46,533 nt of DNA from a virus. Location of the stretch: positions 1 through 46,533 of IMG/VR virus record IMGVR_UViG_3300015209_000001. The stretch is one strand, 5' to 3'. A program made the translations under genes and the position numbers. Each line of letters opens with the position of its first letter. The first letter of the stretch is position 1. Shown here in pieces: positions 24,004-31,718 of the stretch. The notes beneath the pieces are model-generated. The model was not told the DNA's origin. It worked only from the letters and a program-made list of their open reading frames with translations, and searched no databases.

Positions 24004-25221
24004 ATGCCGCATTCCTCCACGGCTGAGCGCCAGGTGCTCGGCGTGGTGCTGCTCGGCACCCACTACGCCAGCGCGGCGGAGGCGTTGTTCGCCGAGTTGT
24101 CGCCCGAGGACTTCTACGTGCCCTCCCACGCCCGGATCTGGCGGGTAGCGGCCGAGGCGTGGCGGCGGCACTCCACCGGCGACGTGGCCACCATCGTGCG
24201 CACCGGCGAGGACATGGGCGAGGCCATGGACCCCGTGGAGTTGATCGAGATCCTCGCTGCCTCCTCCGGCGTACTGGGCGCCAAGGCATCAGCGACGGTG
24301 GTGGACAGGGCCAGCCGGCGATGGCTGCTCGCGGCCCTGTCCACCGCCATCGACAACGCCGCCGAGCCCTCCGTCGACCTGGGAGCGGTGACCGATGGCC
24401 TGCGAGCGGCCCTGGCGCATGTGGACATCCCCACCCGCACCGCCGTCTGTCCCCCGGATATCCACGACCTGTTGGTGACCAGCGAGCCTGAGTACGACTG
24501 GCTGGTGCCGGGCCTGCTGGAGCGCGGCGACCGGCTCATGGTCACCGCCCGAGAAGGCGCGGGCAAGACGCTGTGGCTGCGACAGCTCGCCGTGCAACTC
24601 GCCGGGGGGTACCACCCGATCAACGCCCGAGAGATCGAGCCGGTCAGGGTCCTGGCCGTCGACCTGGAGAACAGCGCCCGCCAGGCCCGGCGCTGGTACC
24701 GCATCCTCAACCGGGCCATGATCCTGCACGGCCGCATGATCCCCGAGGACACGCTCTACCCCGTCCCCCGCCCGGGAGGCCTTGACCTGCTCGACCGCAG
24801 TGACCTGCGATGGCTGATGGAGCACTGCGCCGCCACAAAGCCGCAGGTGCTCATGATCGGCCCGGTGTACAAGCTGCACTCGGGTGACCCGCACGAGGAG
24901 GCGCCGGCCCGCAAGGTCATCGCCGCCCTCGACCGCATCCGCGACCTCTACGGCTGCGCCATCGTCATGGAGACCCACTCACCGCACGACACCTCGCATC
25001 GCCCGGGCCGCCCCTTCGGAGCCTCGATCTGGATGCGCTGGCCCGAGTTCGGCTTCGCCCTGATCGCCGACAAGTCCAAGCGCAACCGGTTCCGCTTCGT
25101 GGCCTGGCGCGGGCCCCGCGACGAGCGTGGATGGCCGGCGGCCTACGCCAAGGGCGGACAATGGCCCTGGACCCCTGAGCAACGAGACGGGCCCGACACC
25201 GACCACGAGGAGCTGTTCTGA
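24004..25221 (+). CDS. DnaB-like / RepA-type replicative helicase (RecA-fold ATPase)
   Basis: N-terminal AERQVLGVVLLG (DnaB N-domain opening). Walker A VTAREGAGKTLWLRQLAVQLAGG. Walker-B-like VLMIGPVYKL. Confidence 0.8.
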   Translation: MPHSSTAERQVLGVVLLGTHYASAAEALFAELSPEDFYVPSHARIWRVAAEAWRRHSTGDVATIVRTGEDMGEAMDPVELIEILAASSGVLGAKASATVVDRASRRWLLAALSTAIDNAAEPSVDLGAVTDGLRAALAHVDIPTRTAVCPPDIHDLLVTSEPEYDWLVPGLLERGDRLMVTAREGAGKTLWLRQLAVQLAGGYHPINAREIEPVRVLAVDLENSARQARRWYRILNRAMILHGRMIPEDTLYPVPRPGGLDLLDRSDLRWLMEHCAATKPQVLMIGPVYKLHSGDPHEEAPARKVIAALDRIRDLYGCAIVMETHSPHDTSHRPGRPFGASIWMRWPEFGFALIADKSKRNRFRFVAWRGPRDERGWPAAYAKGGQWPWTPEQRDGPDTDHEELF

Positions 25222-25592
25222 TGAAGCGCACCCGCATCAAGCGCCTCTCCCCTGACGAGGTGAAGAGCGTGGCATGGATCATCCGCTCTACCGAGGTCAT
25301 GGTCCGCGCCCGGTGGTACTGCGAGTTGGCGACCCCGCGATGTGCCACCGGCCGCCACGACGCCGAGCACGTCCATCACCGCAAGCTGCGCTCCCAGGGC
25401 GGCAGCGACGAATCGGTGAATCTTCTGGCCGTCTGCTTCAACGGGCACCGCTACGTGCATGACCACCCGGCCGAGTCCTACGCCCGGGGTTGGCTTCTGC
25501 GCTCATGGGAGGCCGAGACGCCCTATTCCCCATCCCCGCCCGTAGCGGGCCTCCAGGACGACCCCCGGGGGCGGAGAAGCGATCCTGCGTGA
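25221..25592 (+). CDS. HNH endonuclease (small)
   Basis: CELATPRC..AEHVHHRKLRSQGGSDESVNLLAVCFNGHRYVHDHP. Confidence 0.8.
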   Translation: MKRTRIKRLSPDEVKSVAWIIRSTEVMVRARWYCELATPRCATGRHDAEHVHHRKLRSQGGSDESVNLLAVCFNGHRYVHDHPAESYARGWLLRSWEAETPYSPSPPVAGLQDDPRGRRSDPA

Positions 25593-25906
25593 TCGAGCCG
25601 AGCCACGTCGAGCTACAGGAGCAGGTGGTGGAGTTGGCCCACCTGTACCACTGGCATCACCTCCACGTGCGCCGTACGGTCGGTCGCGGCAAGATGTGGA
25701 CAACCTCCACCAACCTCAAAGGTTGGCCCGACCTGCTTTTCTGGAAGGCGGACAAGGGCTTCGTCGGAGTGGAAATTAAGGTGGGCCGGGACAAACCAAC
25801 CCCCGAGCAGGTGGCCGTCCTCGCCTCCCTGGCTGCGGCCGGCGCCCGGACGATGGTCTGCCGCCCTGAGGATTTTGACACGCTCGCAGCCATGCTCCGG
25901 GCCTAA
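25589..25906 (+). CDS. VRR-NUC domain nuclease
   Basis: GTGA overlap. ELQEQVVELA..KGWPDLLFWK..GFVGVEIKVGRDKPTPEQ fits the PD-(D/E)xK VRR-NUC layout. Confidence 0.7.
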   Translation: MIEPSHVELQEQVVELAHLYHWHHLHVRRTVGRGKMWTTSTNLKGWPDLLFWKADKGFVGVEIKVGRDKPTPEQVAVLASLAAAGARTMVCRPEDFDTLAAMLRA

Positions 25907-25918
25907 CTGCGCTAGCGT
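25903..25918 (+). promoter_or_regulatory. Motif copy CTAACTGCGCTAGCGT (-10 TAGCGT)
   Basis: Overlaps the stop of the VRR-NUC gene and lies upstream of 26010-26231. Confidence 0.5.
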
Positions 25919-26009
25919 ATGGGCCTACCCCGACCGAAAGCAGGCGTTACGTGACGGACCTGGCAACAGCGTGAGCATCGTTCCCCTCTCTGGCTTCGAC
26001 GGGGACCGG

Positions 26010-26231
26010 ATGAGCGCACTCCGAGACGTGCGGTCGGTGGATGAAATCGCTCAGAAGATCCTCGCTGACCACCACCAGCGGGTCACCTTGGCCGATGTCC
26101 TCGCCGCCTTCGACCACGAGGCGACCCACGCTGAGTGGGACAATGCTGCTCGCCTCGGCATCGCCGAGCAGCTCCGCGAGGCCCTTCGTGCCAACGCCGA
26201 GCAGATCATCGCTGGGGTGCAGGCAGGATGA
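26010..26231 (+). CDS. hypothetical protein (73 aa; alternative GTG start 25971)
   Basis: In-frame part of ORF 25875-26231, downstream of the promoter motif. Confidence 0.45.
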   Translation: MSALRDVRSVDEIAQKILADHHQRVTLADVLAAFDHEATHAEWDNAARLGIAEQLREALRANAEQIIAGVQAG

Positions 26232-26530
26232 CCGACAACCACCACGACGACAACCACCACGACGAACGCCGCCGGGTCCTCGCCGCCCTGCGCTCCACCC
26301 GCGTACGCCTCGCCAGCCTCCACCGCAAGGAAGCGGCCATCTACGCCGAGCGCCTGGCGCTGTACAAGACGGGCCGGGCGGTCAAGCTGAGCCAGCGGGA
26401 GATGGGCGATGCCGCGGGGATCAGCGAGCCAGCCATCATTCAGGCCCTGAGGAAAGATCGACTGGAGCGCGAGGCCCAGGCGAGCGGCGGGGTGGAGCTG
26501 GGGCCAGCCCGACTTGACTCTCTGACCTAA
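26228..26530 (+). CDS. HTH DNA-binding protein (sigma region-4-like HTH), His/Asp-rich N-terminus
   Basis: ATGA overlap. KLSQREMGDAAGISEPAIIQALRK helix-turn-helix. N-terminal DNHHDDNHHDE. Confidence 0.55.
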   Translation: MTDNHHDDNHHDERRRVLAALRSTRVRLASLHRKEAAIYAERLALYKTGRAVKLSQREMGDAAGISEPAIIQALRKDRLEREAQASGGVELGPARLDSLT

Positions 26531-26542
26531 CCGCGCTATGGT
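26514..26542 (+). promoter_or_regulatory. Strong promoter TTGACT-N17-TATGGT containing motif copy CTAACCGCGCTATGGT (26527-26542)
   Basis: -35 at 26514-26519 and -10 at 26537-26542. ATG 26549 follows 6 nt after the -10 (leaderless). 26526-26559 is identical to 7045-7078. Confidence 0.65.
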
Positions 26543-26548
26543 GTGTCC

Positions 26549-26974
26549 ATGACCACCACCACAGAGAAGACCTACGCAACGATCGCCCCTAACGACGTCT
26601 CCCGCTCCATCGCAGCCGAGGCGCGTGCTGTAGAGGAGGGCCACAGAGCCTTCGTCCAGCCCGGAGGCCGCATCCGCATCGTCTCCGACACCATCCCGGA
26701 CCGCCACTACCACGTCGCCTACGTCGGCCGAGGGGGCCTCGTGGAGTTCTGCTGCGACCACCCCATCGTCGCCGGCTGGAGCGATCAGCCCTGCATGACG
26801 CGGCCCGGGTTGACGAACTGCAAACACTCGGCCTTGGCGGCGCGCCGCCTGGAGCGCGAGGGCCTCGCCCGCTGGGACAACGGCTGGTACCTCACCGAGC
26901 GCGCCGAGCACCTGGCCGCTGAGGTCCCCCGCCCCTGCGCTCCTCCCGCCCCTGCCAGCCAGTTCGTCGACTGA
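26549..26974 (+). CDS. SWIM-zinc-finger-like protein
   Basis: Begins MTTTT. FCCDHP...C....LTNCKHSALAARRLEREG fits a CxC..CxH SWIM-type finger. Confidence 0.5.
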   Translation: MTTTTEKTYATIAPNDVSRSIAAEARAVEEGHRAFVQPGGRIRIVSDTIPDRHYHVAYVGRGGLVEFCCDHPIVAGWSDQPCMTRPGLTNCKHSALAARRLEREGLARWDNGWYLTERAEHLAAEVPRPCAPPAPASQFVD

Positions 26975-27114
26975 TGAACTGCCCGACGACTCCCAACCAG
27001 GAGGCATACGAGGACGCCTACACGGCGTGGTGCGAGGAGCACGACCTCGACCGCAACGACCCGGGCTGCCAGGAGTCCTACGACGCAGCGGTGGCCGCAA
27101 GGCAAGACGCCTAG
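26974..27114 (+). CDS. 46-aa acidic hypothetical protein
   Basis: TGATG overlap. Below the ORF-track cut-off. Read by hand. Confidence 0.35.
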   Translation: MNCPTTPNQEAYEDAYTAWCEEHDLDRNDPGCQESYDAAVAARQDA

Positions 27115-27117
27115 TCC

Positions 27118-27342
27118 GTGACCACCACCTACATCAACGTCCTCGACCTCGCCGCCTCCCGCTCCCCAGCCCTCGCAGCTCGCCTCACCGACGACGACGG
27201 CCCCGCCATCAGTGGCGAGGAGCTGGCCGCCGTAGGGGTCCACCTCACGTACTCCTGCGCCGAGTGCGGTGCCACCATCGGCGTGTACAACGCCTGGGTC
27301 GACACCGACCGCACCCACATCATCGGCGGATGCTGCAAGTGA
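27118..27342 (+). CDS. hypothetical protein (74 aa) with a CxxC pair
   Basis: GTG start. SCAECG..GGCCK. Confidence 0.45.
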   Translation: MTTTYINVLDLAASRSPALAARLTDDDGPAISGEELAAVGVHLTYSCAECGATIGVYNAWVDTDRTHIIGGCCK

Positions 27343-27710
27343 TGGCCGAGGTACAGCGTTCCTCGCTGCCGTCGGTGACTGAGCCCTCGGTGTTCGAGCG
27401 GGTACTGGCGGAGGCGTTGGAGCTGATCGCCCACGGCGGCGATCAATGGTGCGTGGCCCACTCCGAGGGGCAAACCTGCTGCATCGACGTCGCCGACCTG
27501 CCCGCCGCCTCCCTCCATGCCTTCGCCACGGACGGGCGAGTTCTAGCGGCGCTCCAAGGCGTCGTGAATGAGGGTGTGGCGAGGTATCACCTGCCCGGCC
27601 CCTGTGCGTGCCGGGAGACCAACCCACGACTTCTCGTGGACGACACGCTGGAGGTCATCCTCGCCGCCCTCGCCCTATGGGTCACCCCCCCTGCCGAGGC
27701 CACGTCGTGA
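27342..27710 (+). CDS. hypothetical protein (122 aa), paralog of 30948-31223
   Basis: TGATG overlap. Shares the N-terminal EPSVFE.V.AEAL motif with the 30948 product. Confidence 0.5.
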   Translation: MAEVQRSSLPSVTEPSVFERVLAEALELIAHGGDQWCVAHSEGQTCCIDVADLPAASLHAFATDGRVLAALQGVVNEGVARYHLPGPCACRETNPRLLVDDTLEVILAALALWVTPPAEATS

Positions 27711-27913
27711 CCCAGGGAAAGGTGTGGTGGAAGTACGCCGTGCTGCGAGGCAAATGGCTACCTGTCGGGCTAGACGGCCGGTGGTACGAGTTGTCGGACC
27801 TCTCGCCGGAGCTTGGAAACGTCCCAAACGCTGTTTCATTCGGCCCCACCCACGAGTGGGAGCAGCGTGAAGACGGCGAAGTGGCGGTCGTTTACCGTCT
27901 GGAGACGCCGTGA
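27707..27913 (+). CDS. hypothetical protein (68 aa)
   Basis: GTGA overlap. Confidence 0.45.
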   Translation: MTQGKVWWKYAVLRGKWLPVGLDGRWYELSDLSPELGNVPNAVSFGPTHEWEQREDGEVAVVYRLETP

Positions 27914-28245
27914 CACCCGAGGAGCGCCAGGACGCAGCGTGCCGGACCTCCACGGTCAACTTCTTCCCCGAACCAGTCGACCACGCGGGCATCGCCGCCG
28001 CCGTGGCTGTCTGCGGCTCCTGCCCGGTCCTCTCGTCCTGCGCCACCCAAGGCGAGAAGGAGACGGCCGGTGTGTGGGGCGGCATCTACCGAGGCCGCAA
28101 GGTCCACCGTCCACGCCGGTACTGCGCCTGGTGCGGGTCGGTCCATCGCACGCCGTGGGTCTACTGCTCGCCCGCCTGTCGCTCCCGAGCCAACGCCGAA
28201 AACGCCCTCAACCGCTACCGGACCCGTCATCAGGTGGACGCATGA
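27910..28245 (+). CDS. whiB: WhiB-family Fe-S transcription factor
   Basis: GTGA overlap. C..(n)..FFP....A.AVCGSCPVLSSC....ETAGVWGG is the WhiB four-Cys signature plus the G[VI]WGG turn. Confidence 0.85.
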   Translation: MTPEERQDAACRTSTVNFFPEPVDHAGIAAAVAVCGSCPVLSSCATQGEKETAGVWGGIYRGRKVHRPRRYCAWCGSVHRTPWVYCSPACRSRANAENALNRYRTRHQVDA

Positions 28246-28472
28246 TCCCGGACTCGGCCACCCCTCCCACCGTGGCAGCAGCAGCAGTGGCGGTCCTGCG
28301 CGGCGCCCGCACGGTGCGCGAGGTGGCAGCCGCCATCGGCCGAAGCTCCGCAGCGACCCACTCGGCCCTGCGGCGTGCCCGGTACCTCGGCCTGGTGGAC
28401 TTCGACGACGGCCAGCGGGGCACGCTGCGCTCCACCCTCGGCGTAGCTGCTGCCGATCCTCCGAAGCGATGA
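28242..28472 (+). CDS. winged-helix/HTH-like small protein (76 aa)
   Basis: ATGA overlap. RTVREVAAAIGRSSAATHSALRRARYLGLV. Confidence 0.45.
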   Translation: MIPDSATPPTVAAAAVAVLRGARTVREVAAAIGRSSAATHSALRRARYLGLVDFDDGQRGTLRSTLGVAAADPPKR

Positions 28473-28497
28473 CCTGCGGGGTCTCCGTGGTGGGAGA

Positions 28498-28513
28498 CTA
28501 ACCGCGCTATGCT
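28498..28513 (+). promoter_or_regulatory. Motif copy CTAACCGCGCTATGCT (-10 TATGCT)
   Basis: Intergenic, 20 nt upstream of ATG 28534, which has a GAAGGAG RBS. Confidence 0.55.
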
Positions 28514-28533
28514 TTGGCGAACGACCGAAGGAG

Positions 28534-28917
28534 ATGATCACCCTGACTGCGACCCAGACCCCGTTGCTGTCCATGACCATGAGGCGACCGAAGTACACCA
28601 CCGGCGAGTTGGTGGAGCTGTCCGGCGCCACCTTCCGCCAGTGCGATTACTGGGCCCGCACCGGCGTCCTGACGCCCTCCATCCCTGCCCAGGGCTCCGG
28701 CACCCAGCGCCGCTACTCCGCCGAGCAGGTCCACACCGCCCGCATACTGGTGCGCCTGTCCGCCTTTGGGATGCAGGGGGACGCCTTCCGCCGAGCGGGC
28801 CAGGAGTTGGGCGGCCACCGGGGCGTGGTGCTCATCGACGAGGCCGGCGCCGTGGCCCCGTTCGGCGGAGCGTTCCCGGGCGTGGTCGGGTGGCTCATCG
28901 ACCTGGACGCGCCATGA
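28534..28917 (+). CDS. MerR-family HTH DNA-binding protein
   Basis: YTTGELVELSGATFRQCDYWARTGVLTPS...GTQRRYSAEQVHTARILVRL matches the MerR N-terminal HTH signature. Confidence 0.7.
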   Translation: MITLTATQTPLLSMTMRRPKYTTGELVELSGATFRQCDYWARTGVLTPSIPAQGSGTQRRYSAEQVHTARILVRLSAFGMQGDAFRRAGQELGGHRGVVLIDEAGAVAPFGGAFPGVVGWLIDLDAP

Positions 28918-29015
28918 CCCTGCTGATCATCCTCGCCCTGCTGGCGGTGATCTTCGTGCTGATGGTGGTGGACGTCAGGCGCATGGATGACGACGACGAG
29001 GAGGGGCGGCGGTGA
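28914..29015 (+). CDS. 33-aa single-TM protein
   Basis: ATGA overlap. MTLLIILALLAVIFVLMVV followed by an acidic tail. Confidence 0.35.
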   Translation: MTLLIILALLAVIFVLMVVDVRRMDDDDEEGRR

Positions 29016-29209
29016 TCGACTGGAGCTTCTTCCTCCTCATCGCCGCCGGCTTTGGCCTCGGCACCGCCTACGCCCATCGCCGCACCATCGTGGATGTGCT
29101 GTGTGAGTGGCGCTGGCTGGTGGGCGAGGGCGACGAGTTCGAGCTGCCGGCGAGCCGGTCGAGCGTGCGGGTGGTGCGTGGGCCGTTCGATTGGGAGGGG
29201 GAGGGGTAG
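29012..29209 (+). CDS. small membrane protein (65 aa)
   Basis: GTGA overlap. TM WSFFLLIAAGFGLGTAYA. Confidence 0.45.
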   Translation: MIDWSFFLLIAAGFGLGTAYAHRRTIVDVLCEWRWLVGEGDEFELPASRSSVRVVRGPFDWEGEG

Positions 29210-29451
29210 TGCCTAATCCCTACCGACGTGGCGGGTTCTATTGCTCGGGCTGTGGGGCGTGTTTTACCACGGCCGGATGGGGTGTCATCACCTGCCAAAA
29301 ATGCGGACAACTCGGCTTGCGCCAGTTCACGAAGATGCCACGGTCGGTTACCTGCCCGAAGGCTGAGTGCGACTGGCGCGGGTGGGATGACGGCGGCGTC
29401 AACGACGACCTCGGACGGCACCTGCGACGCGAGCACAAGGCGCCGGCATGA
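29209..29451 (+). CDS. zinc-ribbon protein (80 aa)
   Basis: GTG shares one base with the upstream TAG. CSGCG..CQKCG..CPKAEC. Confidence 0.5.
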   Translation: MPNPYRRGGFYCSGCGACFTTAGWGVITCQKCGQLGLRQFTKMPRSVTCPKAECDWRGWDDGGVNDDLGRHLRREHKAPA

Positions 29452-29660
29452 ATCTCCGCCGCCCGCCGCCGCCACGACGCACCCTCGGTGTCTGGCTGCG
29501 CCATTCCCGCCCGCTGCGGTGGTCGTGGAGGAACTGGCGCCAGGGCTACCAGTTTCGGCCCATCAGTCGGTGTCGTCGTTGCGACCACACAAGCCCATTC
29601 CACTACTCGACATGTGTGTTGCTGGTGGACCAACCAAAGGAGAACCATGAACACATCTGA
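29448..29660 (+). CDS. Arg-rich hypothetical protein (70 aa), weakly supported
   Basis: ATGA overlap. By hand count, GC3 is higher than in the two competing frames. GC falls towards the 3' end. Confidence 0.3.
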   Translation: MNLRRPPPPRRTLGVWLRHSRPLRWSWRNWRQGYQFRPISRCRRCDHTSPFHYSTCVLLVDQPKENHEHI

Positions 29661-29706
29661 GGCATTGAAGCTCGTGGCCTGTCGCAGATGGGGCTAGACT
29701 TTAGGT

Positions 29707-30021
29707 ATGACCCAAGCATGGATTCCGAACCCGATCCGGAGGGAAGTGTCGATCAAGTCAGGGGGTCGATGCTTCCATTGCCAGAAGGTAGCGACCTCCG
29801 TCAAGGTGGACCGTTGGTCCATTCCTCGGTTCGCAGATGAAGAGGGCGTTCCCTTCGAGGTAGACCACCTTCTCCCTCGGAGCCAAGGCGGCACCACCGA
29901 CGCCGGCAACCTCGTCGTGGCCTGCCGTTCGTGCAATAGGAGCCGCAAGCGGACAACAGCTAGCGACCAGGACGCCGTGAGACAACTTGTCGAGAACATC
30001 AACGGGTCGAGGTCGGGGTGA
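29707..30021 (+). CDS. HNH endonuclease
   Basis: CFHCQK..FEVDHLLPRSQGGTTDAGNLVVACRSCNRSR. ATG lies 6 nt after a TAGACT box (29695-29700). The upstream region is lower in GC. Confidence 0.85.
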   Translation: MTQAWIPNPIRREVSIKSGGRCFHCQKVATSVKVDRWSIPRFADEEGVPFEVDHLLPRSQGGTTDAGNLVVACRSCNRSRKRTTASDQDAVRQLVENINGSRSG

Positions 30022-30491
30022 CGCGCTACGTGGCCTTCTTCGCTGCCGCCGTGCTCATCTCCTGCACGCCCCCAACCACCCAATCCACCGCCCCACCGAC
30101 TACAACCTCTACGACCACTTCTACACAGGTCCCCACCAAGACGATTCCCGCCGACTCGTCTGGTGGGATGGCTGCCGTTCCTGCCGTCGAGCCCCCCCAG
30201 GCTCCGGTGGGGGCGGTGGCCGACTCGCACGTACTCGAAAGAATTGAGAGTGGCGACGTGCTGGCACGAATAGCACGGTGCGAGGGGTATCCCCGCTTCG
30301 TCAACGCCAGCCATCCGGGGCGCTCGTCGGCGTCGGGCAAGTACGGCGCACTCGACGGCACCTGGGGCGGCTACGGCGGCTACAGGCAGGCCAAGGACGC
30401 TCCCGAGGCCGTGCAGGACGCTTGGGCGGCTGAGTTGTACGCCAAGGCCGGGACGCGGCCATGGGCGGCGTCTAGGGGGTGCTGGGGATGA
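30018..30491 (+). CDS. secreted lipoprotein with an Rpf/transglycosylase-like domain
   Basis: GTGA overlap. Lipobox AAVLISC. Thr/Pro linker. ARCEGYP..SGKYGALDGTWGGYGG..AVQDAWAAELYAKAGTRPWAASRGCW resembles the transglycosylase-like (Rpf) domain. Confidence 0.6.
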   Translation: MTRYVAFFAAAVLISCTPPTTQSTAPPTTTSTTTSTQVPTKTIPADSSGGMAAVPAVEPPQAPVGAVADSHVLERIESGDVLARIARCEGYPRFVNASHPGRSSASGKYGALDGTWGGYGGYRQAKDAPEAVQDAWAAELYAKAGTRPWAASRGCWG

Positions 30492-30883
30492 TCGAGCGCA
30501 ACGGCTACCTCATGCGTTACGTAGGTCCTCGGCGCGGGCCGGGTTCTCCGTACAAATACGTGCATCGACTCGTCATGGCCGAACACCTGGGCCGACCACT
30601 GCTGGCGAGCGAAATAGTCCATCACATCAACCACGACAAGCACGACAATCGCCTGGAGAACCTGGAAATAACGACGGCTGCCGAACACGCTCGGCAGCAC
30701 ATCGCAGATGGAACCGCCGGCATCGGCAAAATCGGCCCCCGTCATGATCTGAGGATGCCGAAGGTGCCATGCCCTATCTGCGGCGCAATGTTCACGCCGT
30801 ACCAGCACCGGCCGGGCCAACGTCAGGCAGCGTGCTCGTTCTCCTGTTCCAACAAGCTGCGGCCGCGTGGAGTGGCCGTATGA
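30488..30883 (+). CDS. HNH homing endonuclease (HNH_3-type) with a C-terminal zinc ribbon
   Basis: ATGA overlap. [52 protein letters not shown]. Confidence 0.85.
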   Translation: MIERNGYLMRYVGPRRGPGSPYKYVHRLVMAEHLGRPLLASEIVHHINHDKHDNRLENLEITTAAEHARQHIADGTAGIGKIGPRHDLRMPKVPCPICGAMFTPYQHRPGQRQAACSFSCSNKLRPRGVAV

Positions 30884-30947
30884 CCCGCGCTGCGGAGTTG
30901 ATGCGCCGGCGTGGACTGCAGCCGTGGAGCGTGCGGGAGAAGTGCCG

Positions 30948-31223
30948 GTGAGTGAGCCATCGGTCTTCGAGCAGGTGGTGGCCGAGGCCCTCGCACCTTT
31001 GGAGCCATTTCACCGAGATGGCAGAGTTATGCAAATCCGTATTGAGAAGCGCAGCAAGGCTGTTCTCCACGCCCTCGCCACCGACCCCCGGTGCTTGGAA
31101 GCCATGACGGCGGCGATGAACCACTATCGACCTTTAGACGGAATGGCGCAGGTGGCAAGCACGCCAGCCAACCTGGCTCGGCGTGCCCTCGCCGCCTTCG
31201 ACCCCGAGAAGGAGACACCGTGA
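30948..31223 (+). CDS. hypothetical protein (91 aa), paralog of 27342-27710
   Basis: GTGA overlap. VSEPSVFEQVVAEAL. Confidence 0.5.
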   Translation: MSEPSVFEQVVAEALAPLEPFHRDGRVMQIRIEKRSKAVLHALATDPRCLEAMTAAMNHYRPLDGMAQVASTPANLARRALAAFDPEKETP

Positions 31224-31330
31224 CCATCCCTGTGTTTACGACAACGTGCGAGCAATGCGGCACTCGTTTTCATGCTTCCTCTGCAGAGGAAAGGCTGTGT
31301 GCTGATTGCGAGAGGGAGGAGACACCGTGA
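31220..31330 (+). CDS. 36-aa zinc-ribbon peptide
   Basis: GTGA overlaps at both ends. CEQCG..CADC. Confidence 0.4.
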   Translation: MTIPVFTTTCEQCGTRFHASSAEERLCADCEREETP

Positions 31331-31449
31331 CCCACCACTACGTCTCCACCTACTGCATCCACGACCTCCACGATGCCTGCCGCCTCACCTGCAAGCACTG
31401 CAAGGCGCCGTGTCTTTGTCGGTGCCATGTGGAGAAGGAGACGGCGTGA
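31327..31449 (+). CDS. 40-aa Cys/His-rich peptide
   Basis: GTGA overlaps at both ends. HHYVSTYCIHDLHDACRLTCKHCKAPCLCRCH, a motif I recall from other actinophages. Confidence 0.45.
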   Translation: MTHHYVSTYCIHDLHDACRLTCKHCKAPCLCRCHVEKETA

Positions 31450-31718
31450 GCGACAACCCGCCGTGTTGCAACCCGGCTCATTGGTTCGCAGGCACAAACC
31501 AATCAAACGTGGACGACAGGCAGGCGAAAGGCCGCGGCGTTGCCGTGTGGGGGTTGCCGCTTCTGAACTCACGTAAGACCCATTGCAACCGAGGCCATGA
31601 GTTCACGCCGGAGAACACTCGCATTTACCAAGGCAACCAGAGACGCTGCAAAGCGTGCGAACCCATCAACTCTCGTGAGTGGTACCACAATAAGAAGGCC
31701 GAGAATGAAGGGAGGTAA
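31446..31718 (+). CDS. N-terminally truncated HNH-like protein (C-terminal two thirds only)
   Basis: DNPPCCNPAHWFAGTNQSNVDDRQAKGR and CNRGHEFTPENT..RRCKAC parallel the 17044-17625 HNH protein. The upstream His-containing part is missing. Confidence 0.55.
   Translation: MSDNPPCCNPAHWFAGTNQSNVDDRQAKGRGVAVWGLPLLNSRKTHCNRGHEFTPENTRIYQGNQRRCKACEPINSREWYHNKKAENEGR

Noticed and set aside
25885-25890. TTGACA hexamer as the -35 for the motif copy at 25903-25918
   Set aside because: The spacing to the TAGCGT box is 22 nt, too long for a standard promoter. The -35 at this copy is left unassigned.
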